Assembly: GCA_003009755.1 (NCBI GenBank)
Contig: PXUB01000023.1
Coordinates: 1-59,661, forward strand
Origin: Thermoplasmatales archaeon SW_10_69_26
Lineage (GTDB): Archaea; Thermoplasmatota; SW-10-69-26
Direction: 5' to 3'
Length of the DNA stretch: 59,661 nt
In this document: positions 48,652 to 56,931 of the stretch, in pieces
Position numbering within the stretch: the stretch's first letter is position 1
Layout of the letters: each line of letters begins with the position of its first letter
The notes under the pieces: generated by a model
Told to the model about the DNA's origin: nothing
The model's database searches: none
Seen by the model: the letters and a program-made list of their open reading frames with translations, nothing else
Translations under genes and position numbers: made by a program

Positions 48652-49250
48652 CGGTAGGCCTCCAGGAGGTTGGCGTAGGCGTCGAGCACGACGCGGCCCG
48701 CCTGGCTTGACTTCTCGGGGTGGAACTGGGCGCCGATCACGTTGTCGAACGCGACGATCGCAGGGAACGTCTGGCCGTACGTGGTCTCGGCGACGGTGTG
48801 GGGGTTGTCCGGCAGCGCGTAGGAGTGCACGTAGTAGACGTGCCGGTCGTCGAGGGCCTCGACGGGGTCGCGGGCGTGCTCGATCGTGTTCCAGCCGATG
48901 TGGGGCAGCCGGTCGGCGTCGAGGGGTCCGACCTTGCCGTCGACGAGGCCCAACCCGCGGCCCTCGCCTTCGACGGAGCCCTCCGCGAACAGCTGCATGC
49001 CCAGGCACACGCCCAAAAGCGGCAGGCCGTCGGCGACGGCGTCGCGGATCTCGTCTCGGACGGGAGCCAGCGCTTGGGCGGCGGGTCCGAAGGCGCCGAC
49101 GCCGGGCAACACGAGTCCGTCGGCCTCGCCCGCGCCGTCGGTGGCCGGAGCGAGCTCGACGTCGAGCCCGGCGCGCTGCAGCGCTTTCGTGAGCGAGTGG
49201 ATGTTGCCGACGCCGTAGTCGAGCAGACGGACGGTCGGGCGCTCCGACAT
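48648..49250 (-). CDS. hisH: Imidazole glycerol phosphate synthase glutaminase subunit
   Basis: DYGVGNIHS, LPGVGAF, GVCLGMQ, YVHSY, QFHPEKS. Confidence 0.96.
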   Translation of the reverse strand: MSERPTVRLLDYGVGNIHSLTKALQRAGLDVELAPATDGAGEADGLVLPGVGAFGPAAQALAPVRDEIRDAVADGLPLLGVCLGMQLFAEGSVEGEGRGLGLVDGKVGPLDADRLPHIGWNTIEHARDPVEALDDRHVYYVHSYALPDNPHTVAETTYGQTFPAIVAFDNVIGAQFHPEKSSQAGRVVLDAYANLLEAYR

Positions 49251-50296
49251 CACGGGCCTCCGTCGTCGAGCATGGATTCAACCGCGTCGAGGAGGGCGTC
49301 GTTGACCTCGGGGGGCCCGATCGTGGCGCGGAAGCAGGCCTCCAAGGTCTCGGAGCCGAAGTCGCGGACGAGGACGCCCCGATCGGCGAGAGCCCCCTGC
49401 ACCCGCGAGCTGGGCCAGGGGGTCTCGACGAGCACGAAGTTCGTCTCCGTCGGGAACGGCGACAGGCCCATCTCCTTCAGCCGGCGGCTGACGCGGGCTC
49501 GCTCCTCCTTGACGATCTTGGCCACGCGGTCGACGTGGCCGGGGTCCTCGAGCGCGCGGCGGGCGATCTCTTCGGTGATGCGCGGGACGCGGAAGGGTCC
49601 GCGGACCTTGCGGACCTCCTGGGCGAGCTCGGGCGGCATCAGGGCGTATCCGAAGCGTGTCCCGGCGAGGCCGGCGTCCTTGCTGAGGCTGCGCAGGATG
49701 GCGACGTCGTCGCGGTCGCGCAGGTGCATCGCGTCGGGCTCGTCGGTGAAGTTGACGTAGGCCTCGTCGACGACGAGCAGGCCCTCGAAGCGGTCGGCGA
49801 CGTCCTCGACGACGTCGATCGGGAACGCGTTCCCGGTCGGGTTGTTCGGTCGGCAGACGACGCCGAGGTCGGCGTCGGCGGCGACGAAGGCATCGCCGTC
49901 GAGCCCGAACTCGTCGGTGAGGGGCACGGGCTCGGGGTCGCAGGCGTTGCACGTCGTCCACAGCGGGATCATCGAGAAGCTGGGCGGATGGTAGGCGACC
50001 TTGCCCTTGGGGTCGGTGAACGTGCGGACGAGCAGGTCGATGAGGTCGCTGGAGCCGTTGGCGGTCACGACGCCCTCGGCCGGGTGGTCGTGGACGTCGG
50101 CGATCGTGGCCCGCAGCTCGTCGCTGTACCCGCTGGGGTAGCGGCGCACCTCGTCGGGGTCGACCTCGGCCAGCGCCTCCTGGATGACGGGGTTGGTGTC
50201 GAAGAGGTTGGCGTTGTCGGAGAGGTTGATCCCCTGCCGGTCGACGGGCTCGTAGGCGGCCAGCTGGCGGATGGCGGCGCGGGGTTCGGGGCTCAC
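49250..50296 (-). CDS. hisC: Histidinol-phosphate aminotransferase
   Basis: PNNPTG, VDEAY, RSLSKDAGLAGTRFGY. Confidence 0.94.
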   Translation of the reverse strand: MSPEPRAAIRQLAAYEPVDRQGINLSDNANLFDTNPVIQEALAEVDPDEVRRYPSGYSDELRATIADVHDHPAEGVVTANGSSDLIDLLVRTFTDPKGKVAYHPPSFSMIPLWTTCNACDPEPVPLTDEFGLDGDAFVAADADLGVVCRPNNPTGNAFPIDVVEDVADRFEGLLVVDEAYVNFTDEPDAMHLRDRDDVAILRSLSKDAGLAGTRFGYALMPPELAQEVRKVRGPFRVPRITEEIARRALEDPGHVDRVAKIVKEERARVSRRLKEMGLSPFPTETNFVLVETPWPSSRVQGALADRGVLVRDFGSETLEACFRATIGPPEVNDALLDAVESMLDDGGP

Positions 50297-51585
50297 GGGG
50301 ATCCCTCCTCGATGCTGCGGGCGTGGGCGTCGAAGCCCTCGATGCGGGCCAGCTCGCTGGCGGCCTCGACGAGGGCCTCGTCCACGTCGTCCATGTGGGC
50401 CACGTGGACGTGCTTCGTGAAGGTGGCGACGCCGATGCCGGAGTGGGCGCGGGCGTGGCCACCGGTCGGGAGCACGTGGCTGGGGCCGGCGGCGTAGTCG
50501 GTGAGCGGGACGCGGGCTTGCTCGCCGGTCACGATGCAGGCCGGCCCAGTGAGCCGATCGGCGATTGCCTCGTCGTCCTCGTGCAGGATGGCCAGGTGCT
50601 CGGGCGCCAGATCGTCGACGAAGGCACGCGCCCGATCGGGGTCCTCGCTCCAGAGGACGCCGCCGCGGGCGGCCAGGGCTTGCTCGACGACGTCGCGGCG
50701 GGACAGGCCCTCGAGCGCCTCGGTCAGCGCCCGGCGGACGCGCTTGGCGAGGGACTCGTCCTCGCAGATCGCCAGCGCGACGGCGCGGGGGTCGTGCTCG
50801 GCTTGGGCGGCCAGCTCGCGCGCGACAGCGCCGGGGTCGGCGCGGGCGTCGGCGAGGACGGCGACCTCGCTGGGGCCGGCGGGGGCGTCGATGCGGACCG
50901 AGCCGGCGACGTGCTGCTTGGCGGCTTGGACGTAGACGTTGCCGGGGCCGACGACCGCATCGTTGGCGGGCACGGTCCCGGTGCCGGCGGCGAGGCCGAG
51001 CACGGCTTGGGCGCCGCCGAGGCTGACGACGCGGTCGACGTCGAGCAGCTGGCAGGCGGCCAGCACCAGCTCGTGCGGGCGGCCGTCGGGGCCGGGCGGC
51101 GAGGCGAGGGTGACCTCGTCGACGCCGGCAACCTGGGCCGGGATCACGGTCATGGCGACCGTGCTGGGGTAGGCGGCGGTGCCGCCGGGGACGTAGATGC
51201 CTACTCGCTCGAGCGGGACCGCGCGCTCGCGAGCGCGGACGCCGCCGCCAGCGAAGGCGGTCGCTTCGTCGTCGGCTCGGGCCGCGTGGTAGGCGCGGAT
51301 CTGCTCGCTGGCGGTCTCGAAGGCGTCGACGAAGGCCCCCGGCGCCTCCTCCAGGGCCGCCTGGCGCTCGGCCTCGGGGACCGCGAGCTCGTCGAGGGTG
51401 ACGTCGTCGAAGCGCTCCGTGAACGCACGCAGCGCGTCGTCGCCGCGCTGGCGGATGCGCTCGGCCATGCGGCGGACCTGCTGGCGCACGTCCTCGGGCA
51501 CGGCCTCCGAGCGCTGGAGGATGCGTCGGCGGACCTCGTCGTCCAGCTCGGCCAACGGGCCCTCGTGGGCGAGCGCCACCGTCAT
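50293..51585 (-). CDS. hisD: Histidinol dehydrogenase
   Basis: YVPGGTAAYPST, GPGNVYV, AGPSEV, QAEHD, APEHL, SHVLPTGG. Confidence 0.96.
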   Translation of the reverse strand: MTVALAHEGPLAELDDEVRRRILQRSEAVPEDVRQQVRRMAERIRQRGDDALRAFTERFDDVTLDELAVPEAERQAALEEAPGAFVDAFETASEQIRAYHAARADDEATAFAGGGVRARERAVPLERVGIYVPGGTAAYPSTVAMTVIPAQVAGVDEVTLASPPGPDGRPHELVLAACQLLDVDRVVSLGGAQAVLGLAAGTGTVPANDAVVGPGNVYVQAAKQHVAGSVRIDAPAGPSEVAVLADARADPGAVARELAAQAEHDPRAVALAICEDESLAKRVRRALTEALEGLSRRDVVEQALAARGGVLWSEDPDRARAFVDDLAPEHLAILHEDDEAIADRLTGPACIVTGEQARVPLTDYAAGPSHVLPTGGHARAHSGIGVATFTKHVHVAHMDDVDEALVEAASELARIEGFDAHARSIEEGSP

Positions 51586-52457
51586 GGCACGAGCCTCTCG
51601 ATCGGGGTGACGAGGATGCCTTCCGCGTCGACCTCCTTGAGCCCGCGGACGAGGCCGAAGACGTCGTCCTCGGGCACGACGGCGTGCACGGCCACCATCT
51701 CGTCGCGGTCGAGCAGGTCGAGCACCGTCGGGGAGGAGAGGCCGGGCAGCATCTCGCGCACGGTGTCGATCTTCTCGCGGGGGACGTTGGCCATCAGATA
51801 GCGGCTGTCCTCGGCCTCGAGCACGCTCTCCATGACCCAGACGAACTCCTGCAGCCGCTCGCCGGTGTCCTCGTCGGCCAGCGAGTCCCTGTTGGCGACG
51901 AAGACGGCCTGGGAGTCGAGGATCGTCTCGACCGGTTCGAGGCTGTTGGCGGCCATCGTGGAGCCGGTGGAGACGAGGTCGACGACGAGGTCGGCCACGC
52001 CCAGGTGAGGCGTGATCTCGGTCGCCCCGCTGACGGGCACCAGGTCGATCTCGATGCCGCGCTCGTCGAACCACTGGCGGGTGATCGTCGGGAAGCTGGT
52101 CGCCACGCGGACGCCGTCCTCGACGTCCTTGATGCCGCTCCAGTCCGTCGTCTCGGGGACGGCGAGCATCAGCCGGCAGCTGCCGAAGCCCAGGCCCAGC
52201 ATCTGCTCGACGTCGGCCTGGGCTTCCTTGACCTGGTCGAGCCCGGTCACGCCGGCGTCGGCCACGCCCTCCTCGACGAACTCGGCGATGTCGCTCGTGC
52301 GGACGAAGAGGACCTTGATCTCGCCGTTCTCGGTATGGGCCTGCAGCTTGCGCTCGTGCGTGACGTCCAGATGGAACCCGGCCTGCTCGAGCAGGTCGAT
52401 CGCGGGATCGGACAGCCGTCCTTTGTTGGGGAGCGCAAGCTTCAGCGAGTCGGTCAT
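51582..52457 (-). CDS. hisG: ATP phosphoribosyltransferase, long form
   Basis: ALPNKGRL, SGATE, DLVSTGST, C-terminal regulatory domain PGLSSPTV; TTTAAG box at 52488-52493. Confidence 0.96.
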   Translation of the reverse strand: MTDSLKLALPNKGRLSDPAIDLLEQAGFHLDVTHERKLQAHTENGEIKVLFVRTSDIAEFVEEGVADAGVTGLDQVKEAQADVEQMLGLGFGSCRLMLAVPETTDWSGIKDVEDGVRVATSFPTITRQWFDERGIEIDLVPVSGATEITPHLGVADLVVDLVSTGSTMAANSLEPVETILDSQAVFVANRDSLADEDTGERLQEFVWVMESVLEAEDSRYLMANVPREKIDTVREMLPGLSSPTVLDLLDRDEMVAVHAVVPEDDVFGLVRGLKEVDAEGILVTPIERLVP

Positions 52458-52819
52458 CGGGAAGCGGCTCGGCTACGGGCCGACTCGCTTAAAGGCTTGG
52501 TGTGGAGGGGCAAGGGGCGGGGAGGGGTCAGGCGCCACGTCTCGATCGAGCTTTGGCCCGATCCCATCACCCGGTGGGGTGACCCTGCCGGCGGTCTGGC
52601 CAGGCTGGCACGGGCCCGCCCGGCGGCCGATGGTGGCCGCTCACGCGGGTCGCCCTTCCGGCTTGTCGCCCCAGTCGAGGCCAGGCGCAGGCAGGGCGCG
52701 GAGGGGGCGGGGGTAGGGAGCCCGCTAAGCAAGCGGGGCCAGCCACATCGCTGTCCACTCGGGTTCGTCGGAATCGTTGGCGATCGTCAACAGGCTCTTG
52801 CCCGATTGAGAATTCGCGT

Positions 52820-52957
52820 TTAGCACCCACTGCAGACTTGGTTGACGTAGTTGCGGTTGCTGACCTCAGCGGGATCGACCAAGCAGTCGTCGCAAAGCGG
52901 GCCCTCGTGGTCCTCGAGGAGGGAGAGGATGCGCTGCTTGGCGGTTCCCTCGGTCAT
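52820..52957 (-). CDS. 45-aa Cys-rich micro-ORF or gene fragment (not in the ORF track)
   Basis: MTEGTAKQRILSLLEDHEGPLCDDCLVDPAEVSNRNYVNQVCSGC, with two CxxC motifs. Confidence 0.45.
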   Translation of the reverse strand: MTEGTAKQRILSLLEDHEGPLCDDCLVDPAEVSNRNYVNQVCSGC

Positions 52958-53137
52958 CGGGGTTGCGGGATTGGGGAGCCGGCATGAGGCTGTTTTGGAT
53001 CAAAGTCGTTGTCTCACCGGGCTCATCTCCCGGGCGACGCGCTGCGTATCGCCGTCTCCTTCGCCACGTCGACGAGCTTCTTGGCGTCGTGTCACGACGT
53101 ACGAGGTCCCTGGCGCGAGGCTAGGTCTTCCCTTCGC

Positions 53138-53404
53138 TCAGCCATCGCCGTCATCCTCGTCGTCTTCACGCTCGGCTCGGTCGATGATCTCTCCTGCCCG
53201 GTTCAGCAGGCCATCGCGGAAGCTTGTGTCCGCGGTGTCGTCGGGGATCCGCGAGCCTTGAGTGTGCAGCCATTCGTTGAGCAGCTTGCGTGCGACCCGG
53301 GCGTCGGCGAGGCGACCATGGGCGACTTCGAGAGCAACAAGCGTGTAGAAGAGCAGGCACGCCCGACGGAACAGTCGTTCATGGGTGGATCGCTGCAACT
53401 CCAC
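53138..53404 (-). CDS. Hypothetical small protein
   Basis: 88-aa ORF with an acidic tail, downstream of the wHTH gene. Confidence 0.4.
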   Translation of the reverse strand: MELQRSTHERLFRRACLLFYTLVALEVAHGRLADARVARKLLNEWLHTQGSRIPDDTADTSFRDGLLNRAGEIIDRAEREDDEDDGDG

Positions 53405-53457
53405 TGATCGAGACAGCAGACCCTCATCCTCCCAGCCTTTGTCCAGCCGCCACGCCC

Positions 53458-53763
53458 TTATTCGTCCAGGTTCGGCGTGAGGTCCTCGGCCTCCTCGCGG
53501 GCCCGAGTCATGTCCTGGCTGAGGATCTCCTGGACGACCGAGTGATCGGTGTCGATCTGGAAGAGACGAGAGTTGCCCAGAGTGCGGGTTTGCTTGATCA
53601 TGCCCAGCCGCTGGAGCTCGGGGAGTTCGTCGTAGACGGTGGGGCGGGAGACGTCGGACTTCTCGGCCATCTCGGTGATGCTGTAGTCGCTGAGCGGGTG
53701 GTCCCCGAGGAAGTCCAGCAAGCGGGCCCGAGGCGTGTCCCCGAAGTAGTCTGTAAAACCCAT
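53458..53763 (-). CDS. Small winged-helix (ArsR-like) protein
   Basis: FGDTPRARLLDFL..DYSITEMAEKSDVSRPTVY..TRTLGNSRLF. Confidence 0.8.
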   Translation of the reverse strand: MGFTDYFGDTPRARLLDFLGDHPLSDYSITEMAEKSDVSRPTVYDELPELQRLGMIKQTRTLGNSRLFQIDTDHSVVQEILSQDMTRAREEAEDLTPNLDE

Positions 53764-53824
53764 CTTACACCTCTGTCAGTCAGTGTGTGCGTTATCCTAT
53801 ATATGGGTTCGCCTATCCTCGCTC

Positions 53825-54103
53825 GTGCGAGAGCTCACACGAGCTGAGGCTAAGGTCTGCTTCAAGCTCTATAGGGAAGGATGCTTCGGGAGCCACTGGC
53901 TTCTCAAGGACACGGCCGCAAGCGGCTTCCCCTCCCACGAGCTCGACGCAGCCAAAGCTGCGATCGATGAACTTGTCCGAGATGGGATCCTGCGCGAGAA
54001 GCCGACCCAGCACGGCGAGGGCGTCTTCATCAACCCCAAGATCAAGAACGAGCTCTACGAGCGGATCCGCGAGCACGACGGCTTCGAGTGGCTACCGAAA
54101 TAG
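53825..54103 (+). CDS. Small hypothetical protein, possible winged-helix fold
   Basis: KLYREG..GFPSHEL..AIDELVRDGIL..KPT..G..VFINP; divergent from the wHTH gene across CCTATATATGGG. Confidence 0.6.
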   Translation: MRELTRAEAKVCFKLYREGCFGSHWLLKDTAASGFPSHELDAAKAAIDELVRDGILREKPTQHGEGVFINPKIKNELYERIREHDGFEWLPK

Positions 54104-54121
54104 CGCTGGTCCCCTCCTCGG

Positions 54122-54310
54122 TCAGAGGTCTTCGCGGACCCCATCCCACGAGCGGGATCGGCCTTCCTCGTACCCCTCGACACTGGCGAGGACGCCGTCC
54201 TTGATGGCCTCGTTCTCCAGAAGCTCCAGGGTCGCCTGGAGGCGTTCGAACTCCTCGACAGGCATCTCGACGACATCGCCCTTACGGAGATGATCGATCG
54301 CGGTAGTCAT
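54122..54310 (-). CDS. Phd/YefM-like antitoxin (short)
   Basis: VVEMPVEEFERLQATLELL...EGRSRSWDGVR matches the Phd/YefM C-terminal pattern. Confidence 0.55.
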   Translation of the reverse strand: MTTAIDHLRKGDVVEMPVEEFERLQATLELLENEAIKDGVLASVEGYEEGRSRSWDGVREDL

Positions 54311-54438
54311 ACCGTACCCTCCAGGGACACCCCCATGTGGTCATGGGCGGTCATAGCCTTTGTGTTCGGAGCCGATCGCCGGTGGACGCGCCCTGGATCG
54401 GTCACGTCCTCCGGGAACTCTCCCAGGGCCTTGGTGGC

Positions 54439-55971
54439 TCAGTCATCGCCGTCGCCCTTGGCATCCTGTCGAGCTTGCTCCCACGCATTACGGGCCTGGA
54501 CGGTGCGCCGATGGCCGGGCCCGTTGTCTTCCTTGGAGAGATGGTAGGCTCGTTTGAACACCTGGGCAGCCTGCTCGGCCTCGCCGACATCCCTCAGGCA
54601 CGAACCGTGGGTCATCAACAGATCGATCAGCTTGTAGGTCGGCCCGCCGGCGTCCTCGAGGATCTCGACGGCGCGTTCCTTGTAGGGGAGCGCGAAGGCA
54701 GGGAACCCGACGCTGTGGAGGTTGCCGGCGACGTTGGCGATCGTCATGGCGACCTTCTTCGGGTCGTCCGGGTGATCGGAGATCAGGCCGTCCACGGCTT
54801 CGTCGATCAGGTGTCGGGCCCGTTCCTCGTTGCCACGTTCGAGGGCGACACGGGCCAGTGGATAGCGACCGTAGGCGGTTCGTTGGGCCGGCGTCCAGCG
54901 AGAGAACCACTCCAGGTCGGTTGCTTGCTCGAAGAGCTGCTCAGCCTGATCGAGCTCGTCGAGATGCGTGTAGGCGTGGCCGAGACCGATGAGCAACTGG
55001 CGGCGTCTTGGATCCTCCCAGTCTTCCTCCCGGGCGTGGTCCAGCACCCGCTCGTACATCGGGATCGCCTCCTGCGGGTGGCCGGCCCGTTGGGTGACGC
55101 CGGCGAAGCGTTTCAGCAGGTCGATCGTGTCGGGGTGGTCTTCGCCGCGGGTCTGCTCGTAGTAGCCGAGCACCTCCTCGAAGTAGGGGTGGGCCTGTTC
55201 CCACCGACCCCATCGATACAGCTGCTTGGCAAGGTCCTCGGAGGCTTGAGCTGCCAGCGGGTCCTCGTCGCCGAAGACCTCGTGCAGGATCGCTCGGCGG
55301 TCGGTCAGCTTGTTCACGGCCTCGTCCCGGTTGTTCAGCGCATCGTGGACCGAGGCTAGCGTCTCCAGCGCGTCGGCGTAGGCGACGTGTCGCTCACCGA
55401 GCACGTCTTTGGCCACCTCGGCCGCGCGCCGAGCTTGTTGGAGAGCCTGCTTGGCTTTTTCTTGGTCGAGCAGGTGCTCACAGCGAGCCAGCAGTCGGGA
55501 GACGTCCTCGTCGGGGTCGGGATCGGCGACGTAGCGCTGGAAGTCGGACTTGGCCAGGTGGTCCTCGAGGGACTGGGTGCCCGCCTCGATGGCGCCTTGC
55601 AACCAGGCAGCGGCCTGCCCGGTGTCGCCCTCGCCGATCCGACGAGCTCCCTCGTAGTAGAGAGCGGCGGCTCGCCGGGCGACCGAGTCAGCCTCGCTGA
55701 GAACGCGAGGTGCTGGGTACTTGCCGATCATGAGGCCGACCAGGTTCTGGTCCCACTCCGAGTCCCCGGCGGCCTTGGCGAAACGGCCAGCGAAGCGTTC
55801 GGCCTCGTCGAAGCGTTCCAGCCGCTGCAGCGAGAGGACGACGAGGGCGCCGACGTGGAACGAGGGATGCTCGTCCCACAGCTCCCGGCTTTCGTCTCGG
55901 CAGGTTCCGTAGTCGGCGTCGACGAAGGCGCGGACGCAGTCGCGGAAGATGTTGTGGTGATCGTCGGACAC
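54439..55971 (-). CDS. Tetratricopeptide-repeat protein
   Basis: Kinesin-light-chain-like TPRs (LGERHVAYA, FGDEDP, RGEDHPDT, NGPGHRRT). Confidence 0.8.
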   Translation of the reverse strand: MSDDHHNIFRDCVRAFVDADYGTCRDESRELWDEHPSFHVGALVVLSLQRLERFDEAERFAGRFAKAAGDSEWDQNLVGLMIGKYPAPRVLSEADSVARRAAALYYEGARRIGEGDTGQAAAWLQGAIEAGTQSLEDHLAKSDFQRYVADPDPDEDVSRLLARCEHLLDQEKAKQALQQARRAAEVAKDVLGERHVAYADALETLASVHDALNNRDEAVNKLTDRRAILHEVFGDEDPLAAQASEDLAKQLYRWGRWEQAHPYFEEVLGYYEQTRGEDHPDTIDLLKRFAGVTQRAGHPQEAIPMYERVLDHAREEDWEDPRRRQLLIGLGHAYTHLDELDQAEQLFEQATDLEWFSRWTPAQRTAYGRYPLARVALERGNEERARHLIDEAVDGLISDHPDDPKKVAMTIANVAGNLHSVGFPAFALPYKERAVEILEDAGGPTYKLIDLLMTHGSCLRDVGEAEQAAQVFKRAYHLSKEDNGPGHRRTVQARNAWEQARQDAKGDGDD

Positions 55972-55973
55972 TC

Positions 55974-56600
55974 TCAGCCCTCCCGTGCCACCGGGACGCG
56001 TTCCTCCAGCGTGGTCACGACACGGTCCAGCTTCCCGACCAACCGCTCGAAGCCCTCGCCGACCTCCTTACGCGCCTTGGCGCGTTGGAAGGCGTCGACG
56101 AGACTTCGGTAGTACCACAACTGGTCGCTGGCGCTCTCGGTGGTGAAGATCGACCACAGCTCCTCGCCCTGGTCGCGATGGTCGGCAAGGATCGAGCGCG
56201 CGTTGTGCAGCTTGTCGGCCGCCGAGACGAGCAGCGCGTCCGGGTCGGCCTCGACGAGATGGTCGAGGTAGGCCTCCTTGCGCTCTCGCCAGGGCGGCTT
56301 GGGTGTCTCGAAGGTGTCGCTGCATGCCGCCACGATCTCGGCCACGCGCTCGCCGAAGCGGTGCTCGATGTCGGCCAGGCGCTCTTCGCCGCCCTGGTCC
56401 TCGGCCGCATCGTGCAGCAACGCCGCGATCGCCGTCTGCTCGTCGCCTCCGTGTTCGAGGACGAGGGAGCTCACGGCGAGCAGGTGGGCGGTGTACGGTG
56501 CGCCCGTGCCCTTGCGAAGCTGGCCTCGGTGAACCTCGACAGCGTAGGCCAGCGCCTCCTCGAAGTCCTCACCGAGCTGCGGGTCGCCGGTTGCCGGCAC
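55974..56600 (-). CDS. HD-domain protein, small alarmone hydrolase (RelA/SpoT hydrolase / Mesh1)-like
   Basis: H-x-GQ-x-RK..PY..H, AALLHDAAED, ADKLHNAR. Confidence 0.85.
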   Translation of the reverse strand: MPATGDPQLGEDFEEALAYAVEVHRGQLRKGTGAPYTAHLLAVSSLVLEHGGDEQTAIAALLHDAAEDQGGEERLADIEHRFGERVAEIVAACSDTFETPKPPWRERKEAYLDHLVEADPDALLVSAADKLHNARSILADHRDQGEELWSIFTTESASDQLWYYRSLVDAFQRAKARKEVGEGFERLVGKLDRVVTTLEERVPVAREG

Positions 56601-56931
56601 GCCACAGGGAAGGCAAGCCCAGCCTGAAACGATGACGCAAGACGGTTCGACCCACCTTGGATCTATGGATCACGCACCGGCCTCGGTCCGCCCCTATCCC
56701 TCGACCCAATCGATCGCCTGGCTGACCTCCTCCGCCGTGGTCTCCTCCTCCTCCTCCTCCTCCTGGTCCGAGCTCGCGAGGGACGGGACGGAACGACGGA
56801 TCAGAGAGCGAGGGGCGAGATCGGGCGACATCGCCGACGAGTCTGGCGACGGTAAGGTGGGCAGCAGAGCGGCGTGGGTGGGGCACCCTTTTAAGCTGAC
56901 TCCCACCTGGAACGTCCAGGGAGCCCCGGGC

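Noticed and set aside
56694-56831. (TCC)7 run and a short minus-strand ORF ending TAEEVSQAIDWVEG, reminiscent of a HEPN C-terminal helix
   Set aside because: Too short, with no R-x4-H motif; cannot be supported as a gene or a phase-variable tract.
56632-56931. 100-aa Ser-rich N-terminal extension of HsdM in the ORF track
   Set aside because: HsdM homology starts at MVATHGDKVNFIW (56932), and a TTTTAAG TATA box lies inside the extension.
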